A stretch of DNA of 64,000 bases from a candidate division FCPU426 bacterium. Its GTDB lineage: Bacteria; Oederibacteriota; Muellerivitia; Muellerivitales; Muellerivitaceae. Every line of letters starts with the position of its first letter. The first letter of the stretch is position 1. The stretch lies in the NCBI GenBank assembly GCA_963847625.1, contig CAWKAR010000041.1:1-64000 (forward strand). The letters run 5' to 3'. Below the pieces are notes generated by a model. It ran no database searches. It saw only the letters and a list, made by a program, of their open reading frames with translations, and was not told where the DNA came from. Positions 49,516-59,862 of this stretch are shown piece by piece. Position numbers and translations under genes: made by a program.

Positions 49516-51045
49516 ATGCGCCAACAATTTGGAATGAACCAAAAGATGCAGCAACGGATGATCATGACGCCCATGCTGCAGTTGGCCATGAAAATTCTAC
49601 AGCTTTCGACCCTGGAGCTTAAGGAATGGGTTGAAAAGGAAATGACCGAGAATCCGGTCCTGGAAGAGGATAACGAAGAAGCCCCTCCCGAGACAGCCGG
49701 GGAAAAAAGCATATCCCCTACGATTACGAACATGACCGAGGAGGCTCCCCTGCCGGACCAGGACATCAACCTGGAAAAAATGAAACAGACCCGCCAGGCG
49801 GATTTGGTGGAGAACCTGAGGGAAGGGGACCAGTTTAAGAACGGGACCTGGGAACTTTACAACGAGAGCGAGGAATATGACGGCGCCGGGGAGGGCTCCT
49901 GGGGGAGTAATGAGGATTCACAGGGGATGCAGGAAAAGCGTGACTTTATGGAGGCCTCCATCAGCCGCGCCCAAACCCTCGCCGAAAGCCTGGAATGGCA
50001 GCTGATGATGACTTCCCGGAATGAAGAGGAAAAAAACCTGGGAAAAGTCCTCATCGGCAACTTGGACGTGCACGGTTACTTGACCGAAACGATTGAAAAC
50101 ATTGCCGCGACTCAGAAGGTTTCCCCGGGAAAGATCGAGAAAATCCTAAAGTTGATCCAATCCTTCGACCCGCCCGGCGTAGGGGCCCGGGACTTGCGCG
50201 AATGTCTGCTGCTCCAGCTGGAAATCCGAAAGGGTGAAATCGCCCAAAAGGCCTACCAAATTGTCCGGGATCATTTCGAGGACATGGAAAAAAAACGTTA
50301 TCACCCGATCCTGCGGGCCCTGCAATGCACCGAGGAGCAGCTCCGGGAAATCCTGGCTTATATCGGCACTCTGGAACCCAAGCCTGGCCGCTCCTTTGAG
50401 GAAGAGGACACCAAATATGTGACGCCCGACGTGAGTATCCGCAAGATCGAAGGGGAATACGTGGTTGTCCTCAACGACGAGCCGGTGCCAAAGCTTCATA
50501 TCTCCTCCTATTATCGCAAGCTCATGAAGGACAAATCCTCCCTGGGGAGCAAGGAAACCAAGAAATTCCTGGAGGGGAAAATCCAATCAGCCGTTTGGCT
50601 TATTAAAAATATCGAACAGCGCCGCAAGACCATTTACCGTGTCACGGAGGTCATTTTTAGGATTCAAAGGGAATTTCTCGAGAACGGCGTCAGCGGTTTA
50701 AAACCTCTCACGTTGAAACAAGTGGCTGACATGGTCGGAATGCATGAGTCCACTGTGAGCCGGGTGACCACCCATAAATACGTCCAAACCGAACGGGGTC
50801 TTTTCGAGTTGAAATATTTTTTTTCCAGCGGATTGGAATCATCCAACGGGATGGATGTGTCCTCCCTCTCAGTCAAGCAGAAAATCAAGGAGATGGTGGA
50901 ACAGGAAAGCTCCCAGAAACCCTACTCGGACCAGAAGATCATGCAAGTATTGAATGGACAGGGCCTTTCTATCGCCCGCCGTACCATCGCCAAGTACCGG
51001 GAGGAATTGAAAATTCCCCCAGCTTCTCAACGCCGAAAACTGTGA
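49516..51045 (+). CDS. rpoN: RNA polymerase sigma-54 factor
   Basis: MTP.LQ...K.LQL, DPPGVGARDL.ECL, HESTVSRVT, RpoN box ARRTIAKYR. Confidence 0.96.
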   Translation: MRQQFGMNQKMQQRMIMTPMLQLAMKILQLSTLELKEWVEKEMTENPVLEEDNEEAPPETAGEKSISPTITNMTEEAPLPDQDINLEKMKQTRQADLVENLREGDQFKNGTWELYNESEEYDGAGEGSWGSNEDSQGMQEKRDFMEASISRAQTLAESLEWQLMMTSRNEEEKNLGKVLIGNLDVHGYLTETIENIAATQKVSPGKIEKILKLIQSFDPPGVGARDLRECLLLQLEIRKGEIAQKAYQIVRDHFEDMEKKRYHPILRALQCTEEQLREILAYIGTLEPKPGRSFEEEDTKYVTPDVSIRKIEGEYVVVLNDEPVPKLHISSYYRKLMKDKSSLGSKETKKFLEGKIQSAVWLIKNIEQRRKTIYRVTEVIFRIQREFLENGVSGLKPLTLKQVADMVGMHESTVSRVTTHKYVQTERGLFELKYFFSSGLESSNGMDVSSLSVKQKIKEMVEQESSQKPYSDQKIMQVLNGQGLSIARRTIAKYREELKIPPASQRRKL

Positions 51046-51185
51046 CAATAAGTCAGCTGTCAGCAATCAGCCAACGGTCCAAGACTTTTGACGCTGTCAA
51101 TTCCTTTTTCCCAGTATTAACTCTTAATCCATCGCTTTCTAAAACAATACGAGGGTGGATGGACGATGGCTACTATTTCCGTGGA

Positions 51186-51213
51186 TTGACTTCCCCCTGT
51201 CGAATGTTAAAAT
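51186..51213 (+). promoter_or_regulatory. sigma70-type promoter upstream of hpf
   Basis: TTGACT-N16-TAAAAT with extended -10 TG. Confidence 0.5.
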
Positions 51214-51290
51214 AACTTCTCTTTTTTCAAGCGTTCCGATAGAGAAACAAGCGACAGGGGGGTTTTTTGTTCAGGAAAACCGAGTCGACC

Positions 51291-51827
51291 ATGAAAATCC
51301 TCATCACGAGCCGCCATGAGAACTTAAGCGAGGGTTTAAAAGATCATATTGGGGGTAAAATCCAACGGGTGCAAAAATACCTGGGAAATATCCGTGAAGC
51401 CCACGTCATCCTGACCTTTGAGAAGAACCTGCATACGTGCGAAGTCACCCTGGCCGCCAAGCACCTCAAGCTGAGCGCCAAGGCTTCCTCCCGGGACATG
51501 TACCAGTCAATCGATTCCGCCCTGGAACGCTTGGAGAAACAGGCCAGAAAACAAAAAGAAAAGCGGGTGGAAAGACGCCACTTCGAGGAAGGACAGGCCC
51601 TTTCCGTCGTTCATGGATTGATTTCGACCCCGTTGGAAGGGGAGGAAATCGAAGTCATTAAGGCCAAGAGATTTGAAATCAAGCCTATGACGGTGGAGGA
51701 AGCTGCCCTTCAACTTGCCAATTCAAAGAACGAATTTCTTGTTTTTTTCGACGCGGAAACCGATAAAACCAGCGTTGTTTACAAAAGGAAGGACAATCAT
51801 ATCGGCCTTATTTCGCCGGATTTTTAA
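51291..51827 (+). CDS. hpf: Long ribosome hibernation promoting factor
   Basis: DMY.SID....LEKQ.RK.K; C-terminal KPM.VEEA..QL...F.VF...VVYKRKD. Confidence 0.92.
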   Translation: MKILITSRHENLSEGLKDHIGGKIQRVQKYLGNIREAHVILTFEKNLHTCEVTLAAKHLKLSAKASSRDMYQSIDSALERLEKQARKQKEKRVERRHFEEGQALSVVHGLISTPLEGEEIEVIKAKRFEIKPMTVEEAALQLANSKNEFLVFFDAETDKTSVVYKRKDNHIGLISPDF

Positions 51828-51893
51828 ATTGGAGATTTTTTTCAAAAAAATGTTTCACCATAGTTTTAACCATATAGGTGGGGAGGAATAGGA

Positions 51894-52358
51894 ATGCAAA
51901 TTCTGGATTTTTTAGCGATTGATGCCATTAAAATGTCCTTGGAGTCCAAGAATAAGAAGGATGTTATCAAGGAATTGGTGGAATTGCTGGTGAAAACCGG
52001 CAAGGTGAAGGATAAGAAAAAAATGGTTCAAACGCTGGTGGAAAGGGAGGAACTGGGCTCCACTGGCATCGGCCAGGGGATCGCCATCCCCCATGGCAAA
52101 TCGGACACGGTTACGGACCTGGCGGCAGCGTTCGGGCTTTCCGCCGAGGGAATCAGTTTCGACTCTTTGGATGGGGAACCGGTCAATATTTTTTTCTTAC
52201 TGGTAGCCCCGGAAGGGGCGGCGGGAGCCCACCTGAAGGCTCTTGCCCGGATTTCCAGTCTTTTAAAGGATAAGTATTTTCGTAAGACCCTGCTCGTGGC
52301 GAAAACCCCCGAAGAAGTGGTTAAAATCATCCAAGAGGAAGAAAAGTTAAAGCACTAA
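51894..52358 (+). CDS. ptsN: PTS EIIA(Ntr)-type protein
   Basis: RE.LGSTGIGQGIAIPH, FDSLDG.PV, HLKALA.IS. Confidence 0.9.
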   Translation: MQILDFLAIDAIKMSLESKNKKDVIKELVELLVKTGKVKDKKKMVQTLVEREELGSTGIGQGIAIPHGKSDTVTDLAAAFGLSAEGISFDSLDGEPVNIFFLLVAPEGAAGAHLKALARISSLLKDKYFRKTLLVAKTPEEVVKIIQEEEKLKH

Positions 52359-52467
52359 ATCCCGTAATCAGCGGCTACCCTCCGCTTCGAGCCTTTTCGG
52401 GTTTCCCCCGAAACAGGTCTTCGGGGCTAAAAAATTCAAATGCGTTGAAAATTTCCGGGGAAATCTT

Positions 52468-53442
52468 ATGAAAAAAATATCGGTGGAAGCTCTCTTCCAA
52501 CAGGCCAAGGAAAGGCTCCGCCTTTTACCTCTGGTCGAAGAAGGCATGGCCGACCGCTACATCGTCAGCGTGGACATCAACCGAATGGGAATGGCCCTGA
52601 CCGGTTATCTCAAGTGGTTCGCTTACGAAAGGCTCCAGGTCATCGGCAAAACCGAGATCCATTACTTGGGCACCTTGAAGCCCGCCACGCGCAAGAAAAT
52701 TTTCAAAGCCCTTCTCTCTTACCGCTTGCCTTGCATCGTGGTCACTCACAAGATGAAACCCCCGGCTGAGATGGTGTCGGAGGCCCGGAAACAAAAAATC
52801 CCCATCTTCACCACCCCCACCCCGACCACCAAGTTCGTTTCCGAGATCTCGGTTTTCCTGGAGGAGGAGTTCGCCCCTGAGACCACCATTCACGGCACCC
52901 TGCTGGATGTTTATGGCGTGGGAGTGCTCCTCCTGGGGGATTCCGGTATCGGCAAGAGTGAGTGCGCCCTGGAACTGGTCGAACGGGGACACCGGCTCGT
53001 GGCGGACGACCTGGTTTACATTAAACGCATGGCCCAGCGAATCCTCATGGGTTCCCGTTCGGAGATCATCAAGCACCATATGGAGATCCGGGGCCTGGGT
53101 ATCATCAATATCGAAAGCCTCTTCGGGGTGGGGGCCATCCGCGATAAAAAACGCATCGAACTCGTCATCCGATTGGAGGAATGGAACAATAAAAAGGAAT
53201 ACGACCGGATTGGGCTGACGCCCGCCTCACACAAGATTTTCGACGTGGAAATTCCCACTTTCGTCATACCGGTTCGTCCCGGCCGTAACCTGGCGGTCAT
53301 CATTGAGGTCGCCGCCATGAATAACCGCCTGATGAAGCTGGGCTATTTCACCGCCCAAGAATTCGCCGACCGGGTCACCCGTATCATGGTGGAGGAATCC
53401 TCCAGCAAAAACGGCCCCCCTCGCAAGGAAATCAGTGAATGA
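52468..53442 (+). CDS. hprK: HPr kinase/phosphorylase
   Basis: HG.L.DVYG.GVL..G.SGIGKSE.ALELV.RGHRLVADD, EIRGLGII, PGRNLA.IIEVAA. Confidence 0.96.
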   Translation: MKKISVEALFQQAKERLRLLPLVEEGMADRYIVSVDINRMGMALTGYLKWFAYERLQVIGKTEIHYLGTLKPATRKKIFKALLSYRLPCIVVTHKMKPPAEMVSEARKQKIPIFTTPTPTTKFVSEISVFLEEEFAPETTIHGTLLDVYGVGVLLLGDSGIGKSECALELVERGHRLVADDLVYIKRMAQRILMGSRSEIIKHHMEIRGLGIINIESLFGVGAIRDKKRIELVIRLEEWNNKKEYDRIGLTPASHKIFDVEIPTFVIPVRPGRNLAVIIEVAAMNNRLMKLGYFTAQEFADRVTRIMVEESSSKNGPPRKEISE

Positions 53443-54707
53443 TTGGTTTCCGATGGCTTTACCCCGGCATACGCCTCAAGCGCTGGTTTTTCCTCCTGGC
53501 GCTCTCGGTTATCGTCCTCATGGTGGGTTTATCGGGCACCATGAGCCGTTACACCTCAGGCCTGCATTACAATCCCCGTCCAATCCAGGAATTCAGCGAG
53601 CACCTCAAGCATCTTAAATTCGTCGATTTTCTTTTCATCCTCCTGGCCATATCTGGCATTATCCTGGGAATCCGGAGGGCTATTTACGGAGTTCTGACCG
53701 TTCTGATTCCCACGCGGGAGAGAGATTTCATCAACATCGCCCACAGCCGCTTGCGGTTGAAAAGGGGACCGCGAATCGTCGCGGTGGGCGGGGGAACGGG
53801 TCTTCCCAACGTTCTTTACAGCCTTAAGCACTACACCAGCAACCTCACGGCGGTAGTGACGGTCGCCGATGACGGCGGAAGCTCAGGCCGCCTGCGCCGC
53901 GATTTCAACACCCCACCGCCGGGAGATATCCGCAACTGTATTGTGGCACTCGCCGACCATGAAACCCTCCTCAACGGCCTGTTCCAATACCGCTTCAAGA
54001 GCCATGGAGACCTGAAAGGGCACAGTTTTGGAAATCTTTTCATCACCGTCATGAAGGAAATCACGGGTGATTTTGGAATGGCGGTGGAGGAATCGAGCCG
54101 CCTGTTCGCCACCCGGGGCACGGTCATGCCCGTGACCTTCGATCCCATGACTCTCCAAGCCAGGTTGAAAAACGGGAAATTAGTGACGGGGGAATCCAAG
54201 ATTCCCCTTGGAAAGTCCCCCATCCAAAGGGTCCTGTTGAAGGAAAAAAAGATCCGGCCCAACAAGGACGTGTTGAAGGCCATTCTGGAGGCCGACGCCA
54301 TTGTCTTCGGACCAGGAAGCCTCTTCACCAGCATTCTGCCCAACCTGCTGATCGAAGAAGTTGCCTCCACGATCGCCTTGTCCCGGGCCGTCAAGATCTA
54401 CGTCTGCAACATCATGACACAGCCGGGCGAGACGGATGGATACACCGTTTCAGACCATGTCCGGGTGTTTCTCGCCCATACTGCCCCGCATTTCATCCAC
54501 TACGTTATCGCCAACAAGGAGGAAGTGCCTATTCCCCTTTTGGAGCGGTACTTGGTATCCCATCAGGAACCGGTGAAAATCGATGAGGAAGCAATCGAAA
54601 AATTGGGTGTCAAACTCGTCCAGGCGAATTTGTTGCACCGAAAGGATTTTGTCCGGCACAGCCCGGAAAAACTTGGTAAAACCATTATACGCCGCTTGGT
54701 GATTTAA
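53439..54707 (+). CDS. yvcK: YvcK/GlmR (UDP-GlcNAc-binding) protein with N-terminal TM segments
   Basis: GGGTGL, VTVADDGGSSG.LR, PGDIRNC, GHSFGNL, GPGSLFTS, N.MTQPGET. Confidence 0.92.
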   Translation: MIGFRWLYPGIRLKRWFFLLALSVIVLMVGLSGTMSRYTSGLHYNPRPIQEFSEHLKHLKFVDFLFILLAISGIILGIRRAIYGVLTVLIPTRERDFINIAHSRLRLKRGPRIVAVGGGTGLPNVLYSLKHYTSNLTAVVTVADDGGSSGRLRRDFNTPPPGDIRNCIVALADHETLLNGLFQYRFKSHGDLKGHSFGNLFITVMKEITGDFGMAVEESSRLFATRGTVMPVTFDPMTLQARLKNGKLVTGESKIPLGKSPIQRVLLKEKKIRPNKDVLKAILEADAIVFGPGSLFTSILPNLLIEEVASTIALSRAVKIYVCNIMTQPGETDGYTVSDHVRVFLAHTAPHFIHYVIANKEEVPIPLLERYLVSHQEPVKIDEEAIEKLGVKLVQANLLHRKDFVRHSPEKLGKTIIRRLVI

Positions 54708-54724
54708 GGGCGGAAAGGACTAAA

Positions 54725-55141
54725 ATGATCGGAATTGTATTAGCCACGCACGGAGATTTTGGGAATTCCCTCCTAGGAACCCTTCGGATGATCATGGGGG
54801 ACGATTCGGGGGTGAAATCGGCGGCGCTTTTGAACGAGGATTCTCTGGAAACTTTCCAGGAAAAACTCGAAAAGGCTCTCTTGAATGCCGATCCCGCGGA
54901 CAAGGGGTCGCTGGTGTTGGTCGATATGTTGGGGGGCACTCCCTTTAACGTCGCAGTGCAGATGGCCCGCAGGAAAAAAATCCGGGTGATCACGGGGGTC
55001 AACCTTCCCATGCTCATCAAGATCATCTCCCACCGGGACGCGACGGATTTGGAGGCCCTGATGGGGGATGTTCAAAAGGCAGCCCGGGAAGGCATCGTGA
55101 CGACGGAAGATTTATTCAAAAAGAATAGCGGAACGGAATAA
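54725..55141 (+). CDS. PTS mannose/fructose/sorbose family IIA
   Basis: IVLATHG, D..GGTPFN, GVNLPML. Confidence 0.9.
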   Translation: MIGIVLATHGDFGNSLLGTLRMIMGDDSGVKSAALLNEDSLETFQEKLEKALLNADPADKGSLVLVDMLGGTPFNVAVQMARRKKIRVITGVNLPMLIKIISHRDATDLEALMGDVQKAAREGIVTTEDLFKKNSGTE

Positions 55142-55165
55142 TCAAGCGCATAAGAAGGGGGGGCC

Positions 55166-55651
55166 ATGGATATCCAATTGATCCGGGTGGACGATCGCCT
55201 TATCCACGGCCAGGTGGTTGTGGGATGGGTAAAAGCCCTTAACATCGGGCTCTTGGCGGTGGTCAATGACACCATCGCGGCCGATAAAATGCAAATAAAC
55301 CTCATGCGGATGGCCGTGCCGTCGGGATTGAAAGTCGCCTTTTGGACCGTGGATCAAGCCGCGGAGGCTTGCCGCGAGGAGGCCTCCAAGGATCGGGCGC
55401 TGCTGCTATTTTCCAATCCAAGGGATGTTGTTTCTTTCACCGAAAAGGGAGGTTTTCTAACCTCGGTCAACGTGGGAGGAATGCACTTCTGCGAAGGCAA
55501 GAAGCAAGTCGCGAAAACCGTTTGTGTGGACGAGAACGACATCCTGGCATTCCAAAGTTTGAAAGCGCGCGGCGTGGAGTTGGAAGTCCGCGCGGTTCCG
55601 GGGGACTTGAGGGAGTCTTTGGAAAAGTTCATTCCGGAGTTAAAAGTTTAA
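55166..55651 (+). CDS. PTS mannose/fructose/sorbose family IIB
   Basis: RVDDRLIHGQV...W, NVGGM. Confidence 0.92.
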   Translation: MDIQLIRVDDRLIHGQVVVGWVKALNIGLLAVVNDTIAADKMQINLMRMAVPSGLKVAFWTVDQAAEACREEASKDRALLLFSNPRDVVSFTEKGGFLTSVNVGGMHFCEGKKQVAKTVCVDENDILAFQSLKARGVELEVRAVPGDLRESLEKFIPELKV

Positions 55652-55704
55652 GTTTACCGACATATCCACCCCTGCGTGGTAAGCGAGTTTATCAAGGGAT
55701 TAAA

Positions 55705-57873
55705 ATGAAAAAATTGACCTTCATTTTCGGCGTCCACAACCATCAGCCCGTGGGTAATTTTAGCCAGGTTTTTGAGACCCTTTACCGTCAATCCTACGAG
55801 CCCTTTCTGCGCGCGTTGAACCGCCATCCCGCCATTAAATGCACTTTTCATATCACAGGGTCCCTTTTGGAGTGGCTGGATGAAAACCGTCCCGAGTATA
55901 TCCGGATCCTGCGCGAAATGGCCGACCGGGGGCAGATCGAGTTTTTCACCGGCGGCATGTACGAGCCTATTCTGTCCATCCTGCCCGACCGGGACAAGCT
56001 GGGGCAAATCCGTATGATGACCCAATACCTGCGTGAAAAATTCAAAGCGGATGCCCGGGGCATGTGGATGGCTGAGCGGGTCTGGGAGCCCCACTTGACC
56101 AAGTCCCTCGCCGAAGCCGGTGTCCGATATGTTGTGGTAGACGACGCCCACTTCAAGGCGGTCGGCTTGACGGAAGAGGAGACTTTTTTCTATTACCTGA
56201 TGGAGGAGCAGGGAGAAACCTGCGCGGTATTCCCCATCTCCGAGAAAATGCGCTACCTGATGCCTTTCCGTTCGGTGGAGGAAAGCCTCCAATATATCCA
56301 GTCCGTTGCCACCGAGGAGGGGGACCGTTGCCTGGTTCTCATGGACGACGGGGAAAAGTTTGGCGGCTGGCCCGACACCTATAAATGGGTTTACGAGGAC
56401 GGTTACCTGGAAAAATTTTTTGTCATGCTCGAACAAAACGCCACCTGGCTCCAAAGTTCAACCTTTTCGGAGTTTGTTTCGACGCACCTGCCCCAGGGCC
56501 ATTTAAGCCTTCCGACCGGTTCCTATACCGAGATGGGGGAATGGTCCCTTCCGGTGGAAGCTTCTCGGGAGTACGGGAACATCCGCCGCGGACTGAAGGA
56601 AAACGGCCAATTACCCCGCTTTGACCGTTTCTTAAAGGGAGGAATTTGGAGGAATTTCCTGGCGAAGTACGACGAAAGCAACCACCTTCATAAAAAATTG
56701 CTTTGGGTTTCATCGAAGTTGGAGGAGGCTCGACGAACCCTGGGGAAAAAAGAAGACTCGAAGAAAAGGGCCGTGTTAGAAAAGGCGGAGCGAGCGCTTT
56801 ACCGGGGCCAGTGCAATTGCGCCTATTGGCACGGAGTATTCGGCGGTCTTTACTTGAATCATCTCCGGTTTGCTCTTTACCAAAACCTCATTGAGGCTGA
56901 AAAACTGGCGGATTCGATCCTGCCACTTCCTCCCAAGGGTTTCCGGGTGGACATCACCGATTTCAATAAAGACGGAAAAGACGAGATTATGATCACCAGC
57001 ACCGGATATCACGTGGTATTGCAACCCTCGGCCGGCGGAACCCTGATCGAACTGGATTACCTCAAACGCCCCATCAACCTTTGCGACACCCTCACGCGCC
57101 GGAAGGAGGCTTATCATTCGCGTCTTCTGGAGCTGGCCCGGCAGAACCAAGGAGGAGGGGCCGTGTCCAGCATCCACGACATCTTGCGGACCAAGGAGCA
57201 AGGCCTGGAAAACCGTCTTTTCTACGATATGAACCGCCGCGCCAGTCTGGTGGATCGTTTTCTTTCCCGGCAAACCACTCCGGAGGACCTTTGGGCTTCC
57301 CGCGCAGGTGAAATTTCCGATTTCCTGAAAAACACATATGATTTCAAGGTGCTTGAACCCAAACGAAAGGGTGGAAATCTCACCGTCAGGATGTCCCGGC
57401 AGGGACAGGTCGAAGGGGCACCCCTCTATCTCGAAAAGAATCTGGAGTTCTCCCCCGGCGCTTTTAGTATGGATGCGGAGTACTCATTGGTAAACCGGGG
57501 AGACCATGAAATTCAGTTCCTTTGGATGGTTGAGTGGAACCTCACCCTTTTGGCCGGGGACGCTCCCGACCGGAACTATTTCGTGGCGGGACGCAGTCTG
57601 GCTTCCCCGAGGCTCAACAGCATGGGTGAGGAGACGGGAGTCCTTGAGATGGGCATGAGGGACGGTTGGCTGGGGATAGAAGTGAACTTCAAGACTGAAA
57701 AATCCGCCAGGTTCTGGAGATATCCGGTGGAGACCATTTCCCAATCCGAGGGCGGCTTTGAGAGGGTGTACCAAGGGTCCTGCCTTCTGTTGGGTTGGAA
57801 TATAGGATTGAAACCCGGGGAATCTTTTAAAAATTGCGTCAAGACGGAATTGAAGGAGACGAAGAATTCATGA
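55705..57873 (+). CDS. GH57 alpha-amylase/4-alpha-glucanotransferase
   Basis: HNHQPVGN, YEPIL, W.AERVWE, DDGEKFG.WP, SY.EM.EW, QCN.AYWHG.FGGLY, SQSE.G.E..YQG. Confidence 0.92.
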   Translation: MKKLTFIFGVHNHQPVGNFSQVFETLYRQSYEPFLRALNRHPAIKCTFHITGSLLEWLDENRPEYIRILREMADRGQIEFFTGGMYEPILSILPDRDKLGQIRMMTQYLREKFKADARGMWMAERVWEPHLTKSLAEAGVRYVVVDDAHFKAVGLTEEETFFYYLMEEQGETCAVFPISEKMRYLMPFRSVEESLQYIQSVATEEGDRCLVLMDDGEKFGGWPDTYKWVYEDGYLEKFFVMLEQNATWLQSSTFSEFVSTHLPQGHLSLPTGSYTEMGEWSLPVEASREYGNIRRGLKENGQLPRFDRFLKGGIWRNFLAKYDESNHLHKKLLWVSSKLEEARRTLGKKEDSKKRAVLEKAERALYRGQCNCAYWHGVFGGLYLNHLRFALYQNLIEAEKLADSILPLPPKGFRVDITDFNKDGKDEIMITSTGYHVVLQPSAGGTLIELDYLKRPINLCDTLTRRKEAYHSRLLELARQNQGGGAVSSIHDILRTKEQGLENRLFYDMNRRASLVDRFLSRQTTPEDLWASRAGEISDFLKNTYDFKVLEPKRKGGNLTVRMSRQGQVEGAPLYLEKNLEFSPGAFSMDAEYSLVNRGDHEIQFLWMVEWNLTLLAGDAPDRNYFVAGRSLASPRLNSMGEETGVLEMGMRDGWLGIEVNFKTEKSARFWRYPVETISQSEGGFERVYQGSCLLLGWNIGLKPGESFKNCVKTELKETKNS

Positions 57874-58640
57874 TGTCCCACTGGTTGTCCATATCTCTCT
57901 TGCTCGCCTTTCTGGGCTTGGACGTGTCTGCGGTGGGCCAGTTTATGGTTTCCCGGCCCATTGTGGTGGGGCCTTTGGTTGGGCTGCTGACGGGACACGC
58001 GGATCTTGGCCTGGAATTGGGGGCGTTCGTAGAGCTCATTTGGTCCGGGGATGTGCCGGTGGGTGCGCACCTGCCGCTTGATCTTTCCATGTTGGCTGGG
58101 CTATCGGTGGCATTCGCTTCCGAACTCGTGGGAGGGGCCTGCCCGAAGGAGGCCGCAGTGACTTATGCCTTGGGGGTGGCGATTCCCCTATCCGCCGTAA
58201 GCACGCATGTGGAAATTTTCCTCCGGAAGTTTCATGTCCGCTGGGTACACTTCGCCCAACGCATGGCCATGAATTCGCGCCTGAGAACCTTCGAATGGGT
58301 CAACTATATCGTGATCCTAGAACTTTTCTTGAAGGGATTTCTGATGGCTTTCCTGGGCCTTCTCATAGAACATTGGACAGCCGGTATTTTCCATTCATTC
58401 CCGCCCCGGGTCATCGAGGGCCTTTATTATGCGAACTGGCTTCTTCTGGCCCTGGGTTGTTCGGCGGTCATTGACCTGGTGGTGGAAAAGAAAAATGTCC
58501 TTTGGCTGGTCCTCTCCATCGCCACGCTTCTGACACTGGCCCTGGTCTTTCGGGTCCAGGAAGTCTGGCTGGTGGCCTTGTCCCTCTTGGCCGGCTTCGT
58601 GGCCACTCTTTTTTTCCTGGGAAAGGGGGAGGCCACATGA
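57870..58640 (+). CDS. PTS mannose family IIC
   Basis: GQFM.SRPIV.GP..G, G...EL.W....PVG; ATGA overlap with the GH57 stop. Confidence 0.88.
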   Translation: MMSHWLSISLLLAFLGLDVSAVGQFMVSRPIVVGPLVGLLTGHADLGLELGAFVELIWSGDVPVGAHLPLDLSMLAGLSVAFASELVGGACPKEAAVTYALGVAIPLSAVSTHVEIFLRKFHVRWVHFAQRMAMNSRLRTFEWVNYIVILELFLKGFLMAFLGLLIEHWTAGIFHSFPPRVIEGLYYANWLLLALGCSAVIDLVVEKKNVLWLVLSIATLLTLALVFRVQEVWLVALSLLAGFVATLFFLGKGEAT

Positions 58641-59524
58641 CCCCGGAAGAAAAACCTAAAATAAAATTCTCACTGGGATGGCTGACCCTGACCTCCGCGT
58701 TCCTTCGAACCTTCTTCATCCAAACTGTCTGGAATTTCGAACGTTATTTGAGCTATGGTTTCGCCTTCATCCTTCTTCCCGTTCTGAAACGAACCTGTCC
58801 GCCCGAGGAAAGAGGGCAAGCCCTGGCCCGTCATATGGATTATTTCAACACCCACCCCTATATGGCGTCTTTCCTCCTGGGAGCAGTCATACGGATGGAG
58901 GAGGAAAAACAGTCGGAACCGCGTTGGAAGCACAAGCTGAGGGACGAGGAGATCAGCGCCTTAAAAGTGGGCATGATGGGTCCACTGGCGGGAATGGGGG
59001 ACAACCTTTTCTGGGCCACCATCCGTCCCTATTGTGGGTTGATCGCCATTTCTCTGGTTTTATCCCACGCCTTTCAGTTCAGGGGGCGTTTTTGGATTGT
59101 CCCACTGCTCTATCTTTTGGTGTTTAATGTGGTACATGTGGGGATCCGTCTCCTGGGGTTCCTTCAAGGGTACAATAAGGGTGACCAAGTGGTTCTCAGC
59201 CTCCGCAAATACGGTTTTCAGGAAGCCATCCGGGGCTTGAGGCTGGCGTCCCTTTTGCTGTTATCGGTCCTGATCGTGATGGTAAATTTATCGGATTTGG
59301 ATAAGGAACCGGGGCTTTTCGTGTTGAAATTGACTTTTTTTAGCGCAATCGTGGGTTTTTTTACCTTCGCTCTGCACCGGAAAATTAGTCCCTCACAGTT
59401 ATTTTATACAGTTGTCTTATTCGCGCTGATGTTGGCTTTTTGGCCGGATCTGAGTTCCCCGCCCGTTTTGGACGGTGTTTCTCCGGGGGGTTCCAACACG
59501 ATCCCCTCGGCCATGATGAAGTGA
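58637..59524 (+). CDS. PTS mannose family IID
   Basis: Q..WNFER, H..YFNTHP, K...MGPLAG.GD..FW. Confidence 0.9.
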   Translation: MTPEEKPKIKFSLGWLTLTSAFLRTFFIQTVWNFERYLSYGFAFILLPVLKRTCPPEERGQALARHMDYFNTHPYMASFLLGAVIRMEEEKQSEPRWKHKLRDEEISALKVGMMGPLAGMGDNLFWATIRPYCGLIAISLVLSHAFQFRGRFWIVPLLYLLVFNVVHVGIRLLGFLQGYNKGDQVVLSLRKYGFQEAIRGLRLASLLLLSVLIVMVNLSDLDKEPGLFVLKLTFFSAIVGFFTFALHRKISPSQLFYTVVLFALMLAFWPDLSSPPVLDGVSPGGSNTIPSAMMK

Positions 59525-59534
59525 AAGGGCTCCC

Positions 59535-59807
59535 ATGAAATTGAGCGATAAGATAACCGTGGTCAACAAATTGGGGTTGCATTTAAGAGCCGCCGCCGAA
59601 CTGGTGAAGGTGGCCAACAAATTCAAGTGTCAAATCACCATCCATCACGGGGTCCAGAATGTCAACGCCAAGAGCTTAATGGGCCTGATGACACTGGCTG
59701 CAGCCAAGGGAACCGAACTGGAGTTTCTGGCGGACGGGGAAGACGCCAAGGAGGCCCTGGCGGCCTTGAAACAGTTGGTGACGCAAAAATTCGGAGAAAA
59801 AGAGTGA
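59535..59807 (+). CDS. ptsH: Phosphocarrier HPr
   Basis: GLHLRAA (His15), AKSLMGLM (Ser46). Confidence 0.93.
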   Translation: MKLSDKITVVNKLGLHLRAAAELVKVANKFKCQITIHHGVQNVNAKSLMGLMTLAAAKGTELEFLADGEDAKEALAALKQLVTQKFGEKE

Positions 59808-59862
59808 AACCATTTGACGGTTATGGGCGGAATAGAAGCCTAAACCTTTTTAGGAGATCCTA

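Noticed and set aside
55342..55704. N-terminal extensions in the ORF track for GH57 (also 41274 for lpxL, 58502 for IID, 11783 for Fe-ADH)
   Set aside because: They overlap upstream genes or precede a better start; family motifs begin at the downstream starts.
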